Shown here: piece by piece, positions 41,827 through 49,664 of the stretch
Layout: every line of letters starts with the position of its first letter
How positions within the stretch are numbered: the first letter of the stretch is position 1
From: a bacterium
GTDB taxonomy: Bacteria > Patescibacteriota > Microgenomatia > Curtissbacterales > GWA2-41-24
Assembly (NCBI GenBank): GCA_021813945.1
Contig: JAKAJD010000003.1
Span: 109,193-173,192 of the forward strand
DNA length: 64,000 bases
Direction: 5' to 3'
Position numbers and translations under genes: made by a program
The notes under the pieces: model-generated
The model's input: only the letters and a program-made list of their open reading frames with translations
What the model was told of the DNA's origin: nothing
Database searches by the model: none

Positions 41827-41834
41827 ATTAATTT

Positions 41835-41859
41835 AGCTCAACTTTGGTTGGGCTTTTTT
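41835..41859 (+). terminator. rho-independent terminator after the 5S (agctcaac-ttt-ggttgggct + T5)
   Basis: Hairpin followed by a T run. A near-identical module recurs at 44550-44573. Confidence 0.5.
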
Positions 41860-41867
41860 AATGGGAA

Positions 41868-43775
41868 TTAGGGGCAGGTTGAAACGGCGTCATCTGCGTA
41901 GCCGTCAATGATTAAATGGTGGAGGCTTTTTACTTTGGCTTCTTCGGCAAAACTTTTAGCTTTTTTGCAATCATTTAACTTGGCGTAGATTTCGGCAAGA
42001 TGGAGGCTGTAGATCGGGTTTTTGGGATCCATTTGTCGTGACTGCTGAGCCAAAAGCAGCGCTTTTTGAGTATCTTTTTGCAGGTAATAAATTATCAGCT
42101 GGTCTCGGGCGAAACCGTTTTGGGTGTCAAAGGAGAGTAAGTTTTGTAGTTGGTTTATCGCTTCTTTTTCATCGGCAGGGTCGAATTTTAAAGCAGTTGC
42201 AAGTTCGGGTTTGACCTTCGAAAGATCAACAGGAATCGATTTTATAACATCGTGGCGCGCGTAGATTATATAGATATTATTAAGATAAATGAGCTTCCAA
42301 TTTGGAAAATTTTGAACCGGTGTGTAAACAAAAGCCATTGTATTTGGCTGGCTTTTTATAACAGTGTCTATATCGAATCTTTCGAGAAGTTCTTGCCAGC
42401 CCTTGGATCCTTCAAGCAGAATACTTTCTTCTCGGTAATCTTGCTGTTTGCGGTTATATGTTTGAGCATCTGCAAAAGTCTGAATATTGGGAAAGTACCA
42501 AATTAGGTAGTTATTCCAAATGGAACTGGTAAAAATATGTTTGGAATTTAGGTATGATTTTATTATTTGCGGAGAGTTTTCCGGAAATTTTTTCAGCCAC
42601 CAGCGGTTGACTACACCAACAGGGGTCTGCTGGCCGTTTTGTGAAAGGGAGGTGATAACGAAAGTATTTTCTCTTGAGCCGATTACTTCTCCATTTGGAA
42701 TCGATCCTGCAACAAGGAGTAGAAAAATTCCCAGAGTGACGTAGGCTAGCGGTTTTAGGTATTTTGGATCCGCTTTAAGTCTTGTGGCTAAAAATACAAA
42801 GGAAGGCAAGGTCACGATAACTGCAAGAGGGATTGTTCGAAAGTATTTGAAAGGAATCAGGATAAATATGAGGTTAAAAAGTAAAAGGAGACGATCATTT
42901 AAAGTCAGATTTTTGGAATGCTTGAGACCAATTGCGGCTACCGCAATAAGTAAAGCTAGAAAAACTAGATAAAAATAAACATCGAAAGGGACCTGATTTA
43001 AAAGTTGAAAACCGTGTGTTTGCAGGATTCTGTCTTTAAGTGAGCCGAATTCCACTAAGTTTGCTCCGGCAAAAGTGCCAGCTTTCAAAAAAGCAAATAA
43101 GCGCTGGAATTGTATGAGTGATAAGGAAATTGCCAAAATTGAGATTGCAAAAAATCGGTTTAGATATGGTAAATCGGACTTATTCTTGATTTTTTCTGTC
43201 AGGACAAGTAGGCAATAAAAGGCAACGAGGCCTACTCCCACAATTGAAAACGGATGGAAGTTTGGCCAGCCTAAGAAAATCAGTGGCAAAAGAAAAAATG
43301 CAGGGTTGAGTTTCCTTTGGGTAAAGTAGGACAGATAAAGGTAATTGACGAATGCAACAAAAAGATAGGAAAAACTTTCCGGGCGGTCATTGGTTCTTGC
43401 CGAAAGAATGTAGGCTGTAAAAAGAATTAAAGCGTAGAGTAAAAGGTTGTTTTTGGTGAACAATTTGCAGGTTATATAAACAAAGTAAACTGTTGCAAGT
43501 GCTAATACGATTCGTATAAATATCAAGCTATTTAGGCCAAAATTGGTTACAAAAAGATAGTAGATTACGCCGCTTGCCCATTCGACCGAAAAGAGAGTTT
43601 TGTTTTGGGGGCCGTATTGAAATTTGTCTGTTTTGGGAATGCTTTTTTGCTGCCAAACTTCCCGGCCGGTTGACATAAAAAAGAAGGTATCTGCACTGGT
43701 GTGTACGGAGGTTGCGAAAAATATTGCGACTAAGGCGAAGATTGCGATCAAGCTAAGATTTAGCCTTTTTGTCAT
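41868..43775 (-). CDS. large polytopic membrane protein (GT-C / ArnT-like glycosyltransferase architecture) with C-terminal TPR repeats
   Basis: More than 10 predicted TM helices in the N-terminal 450 aa. The C-terminal 150 aa is TPR-like (AQQSRQMDPKNPIYSLHLAEIYAKLNDCKKAKSFAEEA). Confidence 0.5.
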   Translation of the reverse strand: MTKRLNLSLIAIFALVAIFFATSVHTSADTFFFMSTGREVWQQKSIPKTDKFQYGPQNKTLFSVEWASGVIYYLFVTNFGLNSLIFIRIVLALATVYFVYITCKLFTKNNLLLYALILFTAYILSARTNDRPESFSYLFVAFVNYLYLSYFTQRKLNPAFFLLPLIFLGWPNFHPFSIVGVGLVAFYCLLVLTEKIKNKSDLPYLNRFFAISILAISLSLIQFQRLFAFLKAGTFAGANLVEFGSLKDRILQTHGFQLLNQVPFDVYFYLVFLALLIAVAAIGLKHSKNLTLNDRLLLLFNLIFILIPFKYFRTIPLAVIVTLPSFVFLATRLKADPKYLKPLAYVTLGIFLLLVAGSIPNGEVIGSRENTFVITSLSQNGQQTPVGVVNRWWLKKFPENSPQIIKSYLNSKHIFTSSIWNNYLIWYFPNIQTFADAQTYNRKQQDYREESILLEGSKGWQELLERFDIDTVIKSQPNTMAFVYTPVQNFPNWKLIYLNNIYIIYARHDVIKSIPVDLSKVKPELATALKFDPADEKEAINQLQNLLSFDTQNGFARDQLIIYYLQKDTQKALLLAQQSRQMDPKNPIYSLHLAEIYAKLNDCKKAKSFAEEAKVKSLHHLIIDGYADDAVSTCP

Positions 43776-43869
43776 GAATTTAATTTAAGGTGCGGCGAGT
43801 TTGTTTTGCAAGAGCTAATCTTTTTTTAATTGTTTGACAATGCGGTTTAGGTTGTGCATACAATGAATT

Positions 43870-44529
43870 ATGCCAGTTGATCCGGAAGGAGCAGGTTTAA
43901 CGGAAAAAGATATGGGGTTCACCCCAGTCGATTCAGGTGATCGAGCTGATGCAGCGTTGGTGCAGGGAATTGATGCAGACGTAAAGTCAAAAGATACTAC
44001 ACTTTTGACACCAGAGCAACAAAGGGTTCAGGTGTTGATGGATAAAGTTAATGCCGCAAACGATGAACTAGGTGGGGAACTTGTCGTTAACGTTCCGATG
44101 AAAGACGGTTCCACAACGTTGTTATTCGGTACAGTGGCTAATGTCGCTCATGCCTACTACGGTTACGACCGTGGAATAGCATTCGGTGTTAATTCTGTTA
44201 GTGGAATGGTGCGTCTTTCAGGTGAGACCAACAAGAAGTTTGTTGGTCCCGGTGGATGGGGTGTTAGTCCAGCCCCTGAAGGCTTGCAGTTGGACAGTCA
44301 GGATCTTACTGCTGTTTCGGGTCGGGGAGTAGAGCACTGGATAAATGCCTTTGAGCATACAAAAAATAACAAATTAGGTAGCGAACAAGCGATGGAGCGA
44401 ATTGCTCAAAAAAAGGTTAATGATCTCGATCGGGCAATAGCGGTTGCTTCCAAACCAATTGATGTTAGCGGAGCCAGAACGGCAGAAACTGCGGCGGCAA
44501 CACCGGTTGCAGTGGGTGCAGGGAAGTAA
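43870..44529 (+). CDS. hypothetical protein (A/G/D/V-rich, higher GC than its neighbours)
   Basis: 219 aa. No motif recognised. Followed by a terminator module duplicated from the 5S terminator. Confidence 0.45.
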   Translation: MPVDPEGAGLTEKDMGFTPVDSGDRADAALVQGIDADVKSKDTTLLTPEQQRVQVLMDKVNAANDELGGELVVNVPMKDGSTTLLFGTVANVAHAYYGYDRGIAFGVNSVSGMVRLSGETNKKFVGPGGWGVSPAPEGLQLDSQDLTAVSGRGVEHWINAFEHTKNNKLGSEQAMERIAQKKVNDLDRAIAVASKPIDVSGARTAETAAATPVAVGAGK

Positions 44530-44549
44530 TTTATTCTTCAGGTTTATTT

Positions 44550-44573
44550 AGCTCAACTTCGGTTGGGTTTTTT
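44550..44573 (+). terminator. rho-independent terminator (agctcaac-ttcg-gttgggtt + T6), a copy of the 5S terminator module
   Basis: tttatttagctcaacttcggttgggttttttaatgg compared with attaatttagctcaactttggttgggcttttttaatgg at 41827-41864. Confidence 0.5.
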
Positions 44574-44680
44574 AATGGTTTGCACTTTTTTTATCTTCTG
44601 AAAACTGATACAATACAGGCCATCAGATACAGATTGTTAGATCTTTGACTGAAATTTTAAAGATTAGGAAGTGATTATGG

Positions 44681-45775
44681 TTGGCGAAATCATCTCAAGA
44701 TACATCTAAAACGCAATCTTTTGCGGCTCTTTTTGAAGCATCCCAGAAAAAAGTTACAGCGCTAAGGCGAAACCAGGAAGTAACCGGTAAGGTTGTTTCC
44801 GTTTCACCGCAGGAAGTTTTAATTGATATCGGTGCCAAAAGTGAAGGAATCGTTTCCGGGAGGGAACTTTCGGCGGTTTCAGACTTAGCTTCTAAGCTTG
44901 CGGTTGGCGACAGTATCGAGGCAACCGTACTTTATCCGGAAAACGATGCAGGGCAGGTTGTACTTTCTCTGCGAAAGCTTTCCGGGGAAAAGCGCTGGGC
45001 GGAACTTGAAGAAAAGAAGGAAAATTCCGAAGATATCGAAGTTGTGGCCCTAGAGGTTAATCGTGGGGGTGTTATCTGTGACTATTTGGGGATCCACGGA
45101 TTTTTGCCTTCATCACAACTCACAAAAGCCCCGGCAAAACTTACGGATTTAATCGGAAAGGGCCTGACAGCTCGGGTTATTGAGGTTGATCGGAATTCCA
45201 ATAGGTTAATTCTTTCCCAAAAGTCGCCAAACAAAAAGGATTTGGAAGCGGTTTTGAAACTCCTTGCCAAGGTTAGTATTGGAGATAAGGTCAGCGGCAT
45301 TGTTTCTGCCGTTTTGCCGTTTGGAATATTTGTGGAGATAGAGCTTGGCGAAGAAAAAGGTAAAGTAGAAGGTTTAGTGCACATTTCGGAGCTTTCGTGG
45401 GAGAAGATAGAGGACCCGGCCAAGTTTTTCAAAGTCGGGGATAAGGTTGATGTTTTGGTAATTGCCAAAGACGAGGCAACGGGAAGACTCAATTTGAGTA
45501 TAAAACAGCTTCAAGAGGACCCGTTTATGAAGGTTTCGGAAAAGTACACAAAGGATTTGGAAGTTTCCGGAACTGTGGCTAGAGTGACACCTTTTGGGGT
45601 TTTTGTGAGCCTGGCAGACGGCATTGAAGGTCTAATCCATATCTCTAAAATTCCGCCAAATGAAAATTTTGAAGTGGGCCAGAAAGTAGACTGCAGCGTT
45701 GAGGCAGTCGACACAAAATCGAGAAGAATTGCGCTTGTTCCTGTGGTTTTAGTGAAACCGATTCTTTATCGATAA
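44681..45775 (+). CDS. rpsA: ribosomal protein S1-like (four S1 RNA-binding domains)
   Basis: Repeated S1 motifs (GKVVSVSPQEVLIDIG..., GIVSAVLPFGIFVEI..., GTVARVTPFGVFVSL...). TTG start with AGGAAG 8 nt upstream. Confidence 0.7.
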   Translation: MAKSSQDTSKTQSFAALFEASQKKVTALRRNQEVTGKVVSVSPQEVLIDIGAKSEGIVSGRELSAVSDLASKLAVGDSIEATVLYPENDAGQVVLSLRKLSGEKRWAELEEKKENSEDIEVVALEVNRGGVICDYLGIHGFLPSSQLTKAPAKLTDLIGKGLTARVIEVDRNSNRLILSQKSPNKKDLEAVLKLLAKVSIGDKVSGIVSAVLPFGIFVEIELGEEKGKVEGLVHISELSWEKIEDPAKFFKVGDKVDVLVIAKDEATGRLNLSIKQLQEDPFMKVSEKYTKDLEVSGTVARVTPFGVFVSLADGIEGLIHISKIPPNENFEVGQKVDCSVEAVDTKSRRIALVPVVLVKPILYR

Positions 45776-45901
45776 TCCCAAGTAGAATCAATACTTAAAG
45801 GACAAGCGAAGGCTTGGCCATACTAGTTTGTGTTAAAAAATGAAAAATTTGAGTTATTTTGTATGTCAGCCCTTCGGCTGCGCTCAGGGTAAACAGTTAT
45901 T

Positions 45902-47362
45902 ATGAGAAATCTGACAGAATTTGTTTGCCAGCAATGTGGATATAAATCACCTCAATTCTTGGGTAAATGCCCCGAATGCGGTGAGTGGAATAGCCTCGTC
46001 GAATCTATAGATTCGACTCAAAGTCAAAAGTCAAAAGTCAAAAGTCAAAATTATGGAGAAGAATTAATAAAGCTTTCGGAGGTTAAATCGCAGAAGTTTG
46101 CCAGAATTCCAACAGGGTTTTCGGAATTTGACAGGGTTTTGGGTGGAGGAATAGTTGCCGGCTCGATAGTTCTCATTTCCGGAGATCCGGGAATCGGCAA
46201 AAGCACCCTTCTTTTGGAAACGGCGATGAGGATAGCGGGCTCTCGGGGTCCTGTCACCGATTTCCCTCCCGCCGGTGCTCGTTCGGGTGGTAAATCGAAA
46301 CGAAATCAGTCAAAAACTTCCGAATTGCGCGCTGCCGGGGGCCCTTCCATCGGTGCCACCCCTCAGGTTGACCAGGGTTCTGTCCTTTATGTTTCAGGTG
46401 AAGAGTCGGCGCAACAAGTCAAAATCAGGGCTGATCGAATCGGCAAAATCCCGGATAATTTGTATATTTTGCCGGAAACAGATGTCGATGTTGTGGTTGG
46501 AGTTTCCGAAAAACTTTCCCCGAAACTTATGATTATTGATTCTATCCAAACGCTATTTTCAACCAGACTCACCGGTTCTGCCGGAAGTGTGGGACAGCTT
46601 CGGGAATGCTCACAGATTTTACAAAGGCACGCAAAGCGTACAAATACGCCGGTTTTTATTGTCGGGCACGTGACCAAGGAAGGCAGCATTGCCGGGCCAA
46701 AGGTTTTGGAGCATTTGGTAGACGCAGTTTTGAATTTGGAAGGCGACGAGATGCATGCTTTTCGGATCTTAAGATCAAACAAAAACAGGTTCGGGTCGAC
46801 TTTTGAGGTTGGAGTTTTTGAAATGCAGGATGTGGGAATGGTGGAGGTAGCTAATCCTTCACAAATATTTTTGGCGCAGCGAATTGCCAGAAAAGCGGGA
46901 AGTGTGGTCACTTCGACTGTTGCCGGCGGAAGGCCGCTTCTTGCAGAAGTACAAGCCTTGGCAACACCGACAATTTTTGGGATTCCGGCAAGAAGAGTTA
47001 CGGGCTTGGATTTTTCCAGAATGCAGGTTGTTATTGCGGCAGTTTCCAAAGCGGCAAAGCTGGCGCTTGGCAATCTGGATATATATTTAAATGTAGCCGG
47101 CGGTTTGAAGATTGCGGAGCCTGCATGTGATTTGGCGGCGGCTTTGGCTATAGTTTCAGCGGTTGACCAAAGGCCGGTCCGCGACGGAGTCTGTGCTTTT
47201 GGTGAAGTTGGCCTTTTAGGGGAGCTTCGAACAGTCGGCAACATTAAAAACCGGATTGCAGAAGCTAAACGTTTGGGATTTTCCGATTTTGTGACAAGCG
47301 AAAAGTTTAAGACTTTGGAAGAAGCTGTTTCTTATGCTTTGGGAGGTGCAAATGAGGCCTAA
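45902..47362 (+). CDS. radA: DNA repair protein RadA/Sms (with a 45-aa GC-rich insertion after the Walker A motif)
   Basis: Zn ribbon CQQCGYKSPQFLGKCPECGEW, Walker A GDPGIGKSTLLLE, KNRFG motif and Lon-like C-terminal domain. Confidence 0.9.
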   Translation: MRNLTEFVCQQCGYKSPQFLGKCPECGEWNSLVESIDSTQSQKSKVKSQNYGEELIKLSEVKSQKFARIPTGFSEFDRVLGGGIVAGSIVLISGDPGIGKSTLLLETAMRIAGSRGPVTDFPPAGARSGGKSKRNQSKTSELRAAGGPSIGATPQVDQGSVLYVSGEESAQQVKIRADRIGKIPDNLYILPETDVDVVVGVSEKLSPKLMIIDSIQTLFSTRLTGSAGSVGQLRECSQILQRHAKRTNTPVFIVGHVTKEGSIAGPKVLEHLVDAVLNLEGDEMHAFRILRSNKNRFGSTFEVGVFEMQDVGMVEVANPSQIFLAQRIARKAGSVVTSTVAGGRPLLAEVQALATPTIFGIPARRVTGLDFSRMQVVIAAVSKAAKLALGNLDIYLNVAGGLKIAEPACDLAAALAIVSAVDQRPVRDGVCAFGEVGLLGELRTVGNIKNRIAEAKRLGFSDFVTSEKFKTLEEAVSYALGGANEA

Positions 47363-48281
47363 ATCCTTCCTAAGGCTGGCCCTTTTTATCGTCTTTGGCT
47401 TTATCGGAGCATATGTTGCCCGAAGCGGAACGCCGCCGGAGATATTTGCAATAACAGGCGCCTATTTCATGCTGGCTGCGGTTTTAGCGTTTGCTACACT
47501 CGGCTTTATTTTGCCTGATGTTTTGGAGCTTGCCGGAAGGGCAGGAATTGCAGTTTTAGCTCGGCAAATTGCGGAACTTATTCAAAGGTCGGGATCTGCT
47601 TCGCTTTCTGCTTCCAGATTCCCATTTAGGAGGAAGAAAAATTCAAATAATTCTGCGTACGTTAATCCTCTTCTCGTTGATACATCTTCTCTTATAGACG
47701 GTCGAATTTTGGAAGTTGTCGAGACTGGATTTTTATTCGGTACGCTTCTTGTTATGCCATCTGTTATTGATGAACTGCACAAGCTTTCGGATAGCGCAGA
47801 TCCTCTAAAACGCAAGAAAGGTAGGCGCGGTTTGGATGTTTTGGCTAAGTTGAAAAAGGAGAAAAAAACTAAATTGGAGATTTTAAAATCTGATCCAAAA
47901 GAAAAAGATGTCGATGCAAAGTTGGTGGCGCTTGCTAGAAAACTCAAGGCTAAAATACTGACTGTTGATTACAATTTGAATAAAGTGGCCAATATTCGGG
48001 GAATTGCTATTTTAAACATGAATGAGCTTGCCAGCGCCGTTAAGACGGCTGTTATGCCTAAAGACGTTTTGGATATAGTGATTTTAGAAAAGGGCCGCGA
48101 AAGAGATCAGGGCGTCGGCTATTTGCCAGATGGCACGATGGTGGTCGTTGAAAAAGGTGCCCCACTTGAGGGAAAAAGCACACAGGTCGAGGTTCAACGG
48201 GTCTTTCAGACAGCAGCCGGGAAGATGGTATTTGCCAAACTTGCCAAATGGGTTTCAGACATTCCCATATCTAACATCTAG
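47352..48281 (+). CDS. PIN/TRAM-domain membrane protein (YacL-like)
   Basis: N-terminal TM helices, a PIN-like LLVDTSSLIDGRI and a C-terminal TRAM-like GKSTQVEVQRVFQTAAGKMVFAKL. Lies immediately downstream of radA, as in Firmicutes. SD GGGAGGTG before the ATG at 47352. Confidence 0.6.
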   Translation: MRPKSFLRLALFIVFGFIGAYVARSGTPPEIFAITGAYFMLAAVLAFATLGFILPDVLELAGRAGIAVLARQIAELIQRSGSASLSASRFPFRRKKNSNNSAYVNPLLVDTSSLIDGRILEVVETGFLFGTLLVMPSVIDELHKLSDSADPLKRKKGRRGLDVLAKLKKEKKTKLEILKSDPKEKDVDAKLVALARKLKAKILTVDYNLNKVANIRGIAILNMNELASAVKTAVMPKDVLDIVILEKGRERDQGVGYLPDGTMVVVEKGAPLEGKSTQVEVQRVFQTAAGKMVFAKLAKWVSDIPISNI

Positions 48282-48514
48282 CAGCCAAAATTTGCTTACG
48301 TGTGTGTAACTTTCTATATCTTTTAGCTTTATACACTGCGCTTTAAACGGCTCTTTTTGATAAAGATAGGCCAAGGTGTATCTTCGGAAATCATGACTTG
48401 TTAATTTCTCGATTAGATTATTGTGCTAGTCTAAAAGGGTTAATGTTGTCAAAAAAAATAACTACAGGATATGGAATTTAAGCAAGCAATTTTACTATCG
48501 GGCATTAAAAGGAC

Positions 48515-48543
48515 TTGACAAGAATTATAGAGGGTGCTAAATT
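48515..48543 (+). promoter_or_regulatory. promoter-like TTGACA-17-TAAATT in the non-coding island
   Basis: TTGACA at 48515-48520. TAAATT at 48538-48543. A terminator lies about 55 nt downstream. Confidence 0.35.
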
Positions 48544-48549
48544 CTTAAG

Positions 48550-48624
48550 GCAGGCTGAAAGTTACATCTATAGAGATATGGATGTTTAAAAAGCAGAAGC
48601 CTATTTCACATAGGCTTTTGTTTT
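48550..48624 (+). ncRNA. candidate small RNA (about 75 nt) between the promoter-like element and the terminator hairpin
   Basis: Bounded by a promoter-like element and the terminator gaagcctat-ttcac-ataggctt + TTGTTTT at 48596-48624. No ORF. Confidence 0.25.
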
Positions 48625-48775
48625 AGAAAAGACCACGTTTTTCCCAAAAGGAGAGATCTGGGATTTTTAAAACCTATTTGTTTTTCAAAAAGAAATCAAT
48701 AGGGAAAACAAGATAAGAAAAGAGCATCACTACCGCAGACTGAAACTCGAATAGCAATGCTCTTTTGAGGTGTAA

Positions 48776-48815
48776 GGGAAGCGACTTAGGGCAGCTAAGT
48801 TGCTTTCCTTTTTTA
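48776..48815 (+). terminator. rho-independent terminator-like hairpin (14-bp stem, GGCAG loop, T6)
   Basis: gggaagcgacttag-ggcag-ctaagttgctttcc followed by ttttttac. Preceded by a second hairpin at 48720-48767. Confidence 0.4.
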
Positions 48816-48976
48816 CATTAGAACATCTTTACAACCCTTGTCAAGGGGTAATGTCAAATTGGTTCTATTTAGCCTCAAATTGCCTCCATTTTTCTTCCAG
48901 AACAAGCTATTATGAGTAGAAAATTTATCCAATAATTTTGGCGTTGTGAAAATGCGGTTTTGGGTCATTATTATTG

Positions 48977-49052
48977 TTAAGGACAGGCCTTCTTATATGC
49001 AATTTTTAATTTTAAATTTAAAATTTTAAATTTTCTGCGTCCTGTCCTTTAA
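48977..49052. repeat. REP-like inverted pair (ttaaggacagg ... cctgtcctttaa) enclosing an AT-rich (aattttaaattt)n loop
   Basis: The arms are complementary. The loop contains aatttttaattttaaatttaaaattttaaatttt. Confidence 0.5.
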
Positions 49053-49102
49053 TCCAAGTTTTGGTACCGCCAAATCTGTTGATAAGTTAAACAATCGCGG
49101 TC

Positions 49103-49117
49103 TTAAGGTCAGGCCTT
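49103..49117. repeat. REP-like unit ttaaggtcaggcctt followed by a T run
   Basis: Member of the AAGG-N-CAGGCCTT family. Confidence 0.45.
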
Positions 49118-49263
49118 TTTCTAAGATTTTGCTTAAGCGAAGACTTGCCAAGTGGTTCCTCTGATGTAAGCTATAAAGCCCTATGTCAGCCTTTGCCTTC
49201 GGCAAATCTGACGTAAGACGTAACTAGATTTCCTTATTTTAAGGAAGTTATGTCTTATAGTAC

Positions 49264-49292
49264 TTGACAAGGTTACTTAGTTAGTGTAAAAT
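49264..49292 (+). promoter_or_regulatory. sigma70-like promoter TTGACA-17-TAAAAT about 45 nt upstream of the 49337 ORF
   Basis: TTGACA at 49264-49269. TAAAAT at 49287-49292. Confidence 0.45.
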
Positions 49293-49336
49293 GCTCGACC
49301 TATAACTGGTTTTCTGTCCAGTTCCAAAGAAAATAA

Positions 49337-49663
49337 ATGACAAACATGCCCAAAAATAAGCACGTTTCGAGGGAAGTTCGCGAGTTTGTTTATGGTTTGA
49401 TGCAAGAGGCTGATCTTGATATTTTGCCTCCCGATTTGTGCCAAAAAATTTATAACGAGTTGCTTATTCGTTTAGATGCCAAACTGACAATAGCAGCAGT
49501 TGGCGCATTACCGGACGACAAGGTAAGCCAATTTAAAAAACTGCTTTCGGAAAATAAAACCACATCTCAAGTTTCCAATTTCTTAAATGAAAATATTCCC
49601 AATGTTGGGGAGGTTTATGCTACGGCGTTTTCAGATTTCAGAAAGGTTTATTTAGGAAAATAA
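49337..49663 (+). CDS. hypothetical 108-aa protein, translationally coupled to the downstream giant protein
   Basis: Its stop lies 1 nt before the ATG at 49665. No motif recognised. Confidence 0.5.
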   Translation: MTNMPKNKHVSREVREFVYGLMQEADLDILPPDLCQKIYNELLIRLDAKLTIAAVGALPDDKVSQFKKLLSENKTTSQVSNFLNENIPNVGEVYATAFSDFRKVYLGK

Positions 49664-49664
49664 C

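Noticed and set aside
46387-47244. A 285-aa minus-strand ORF antisense to radA.
   Set aside because: It overlaps a clearly conserved radA coding sequence, has Ser/Pro/Ala-rich composition and no motif. It is an antisense artefact.
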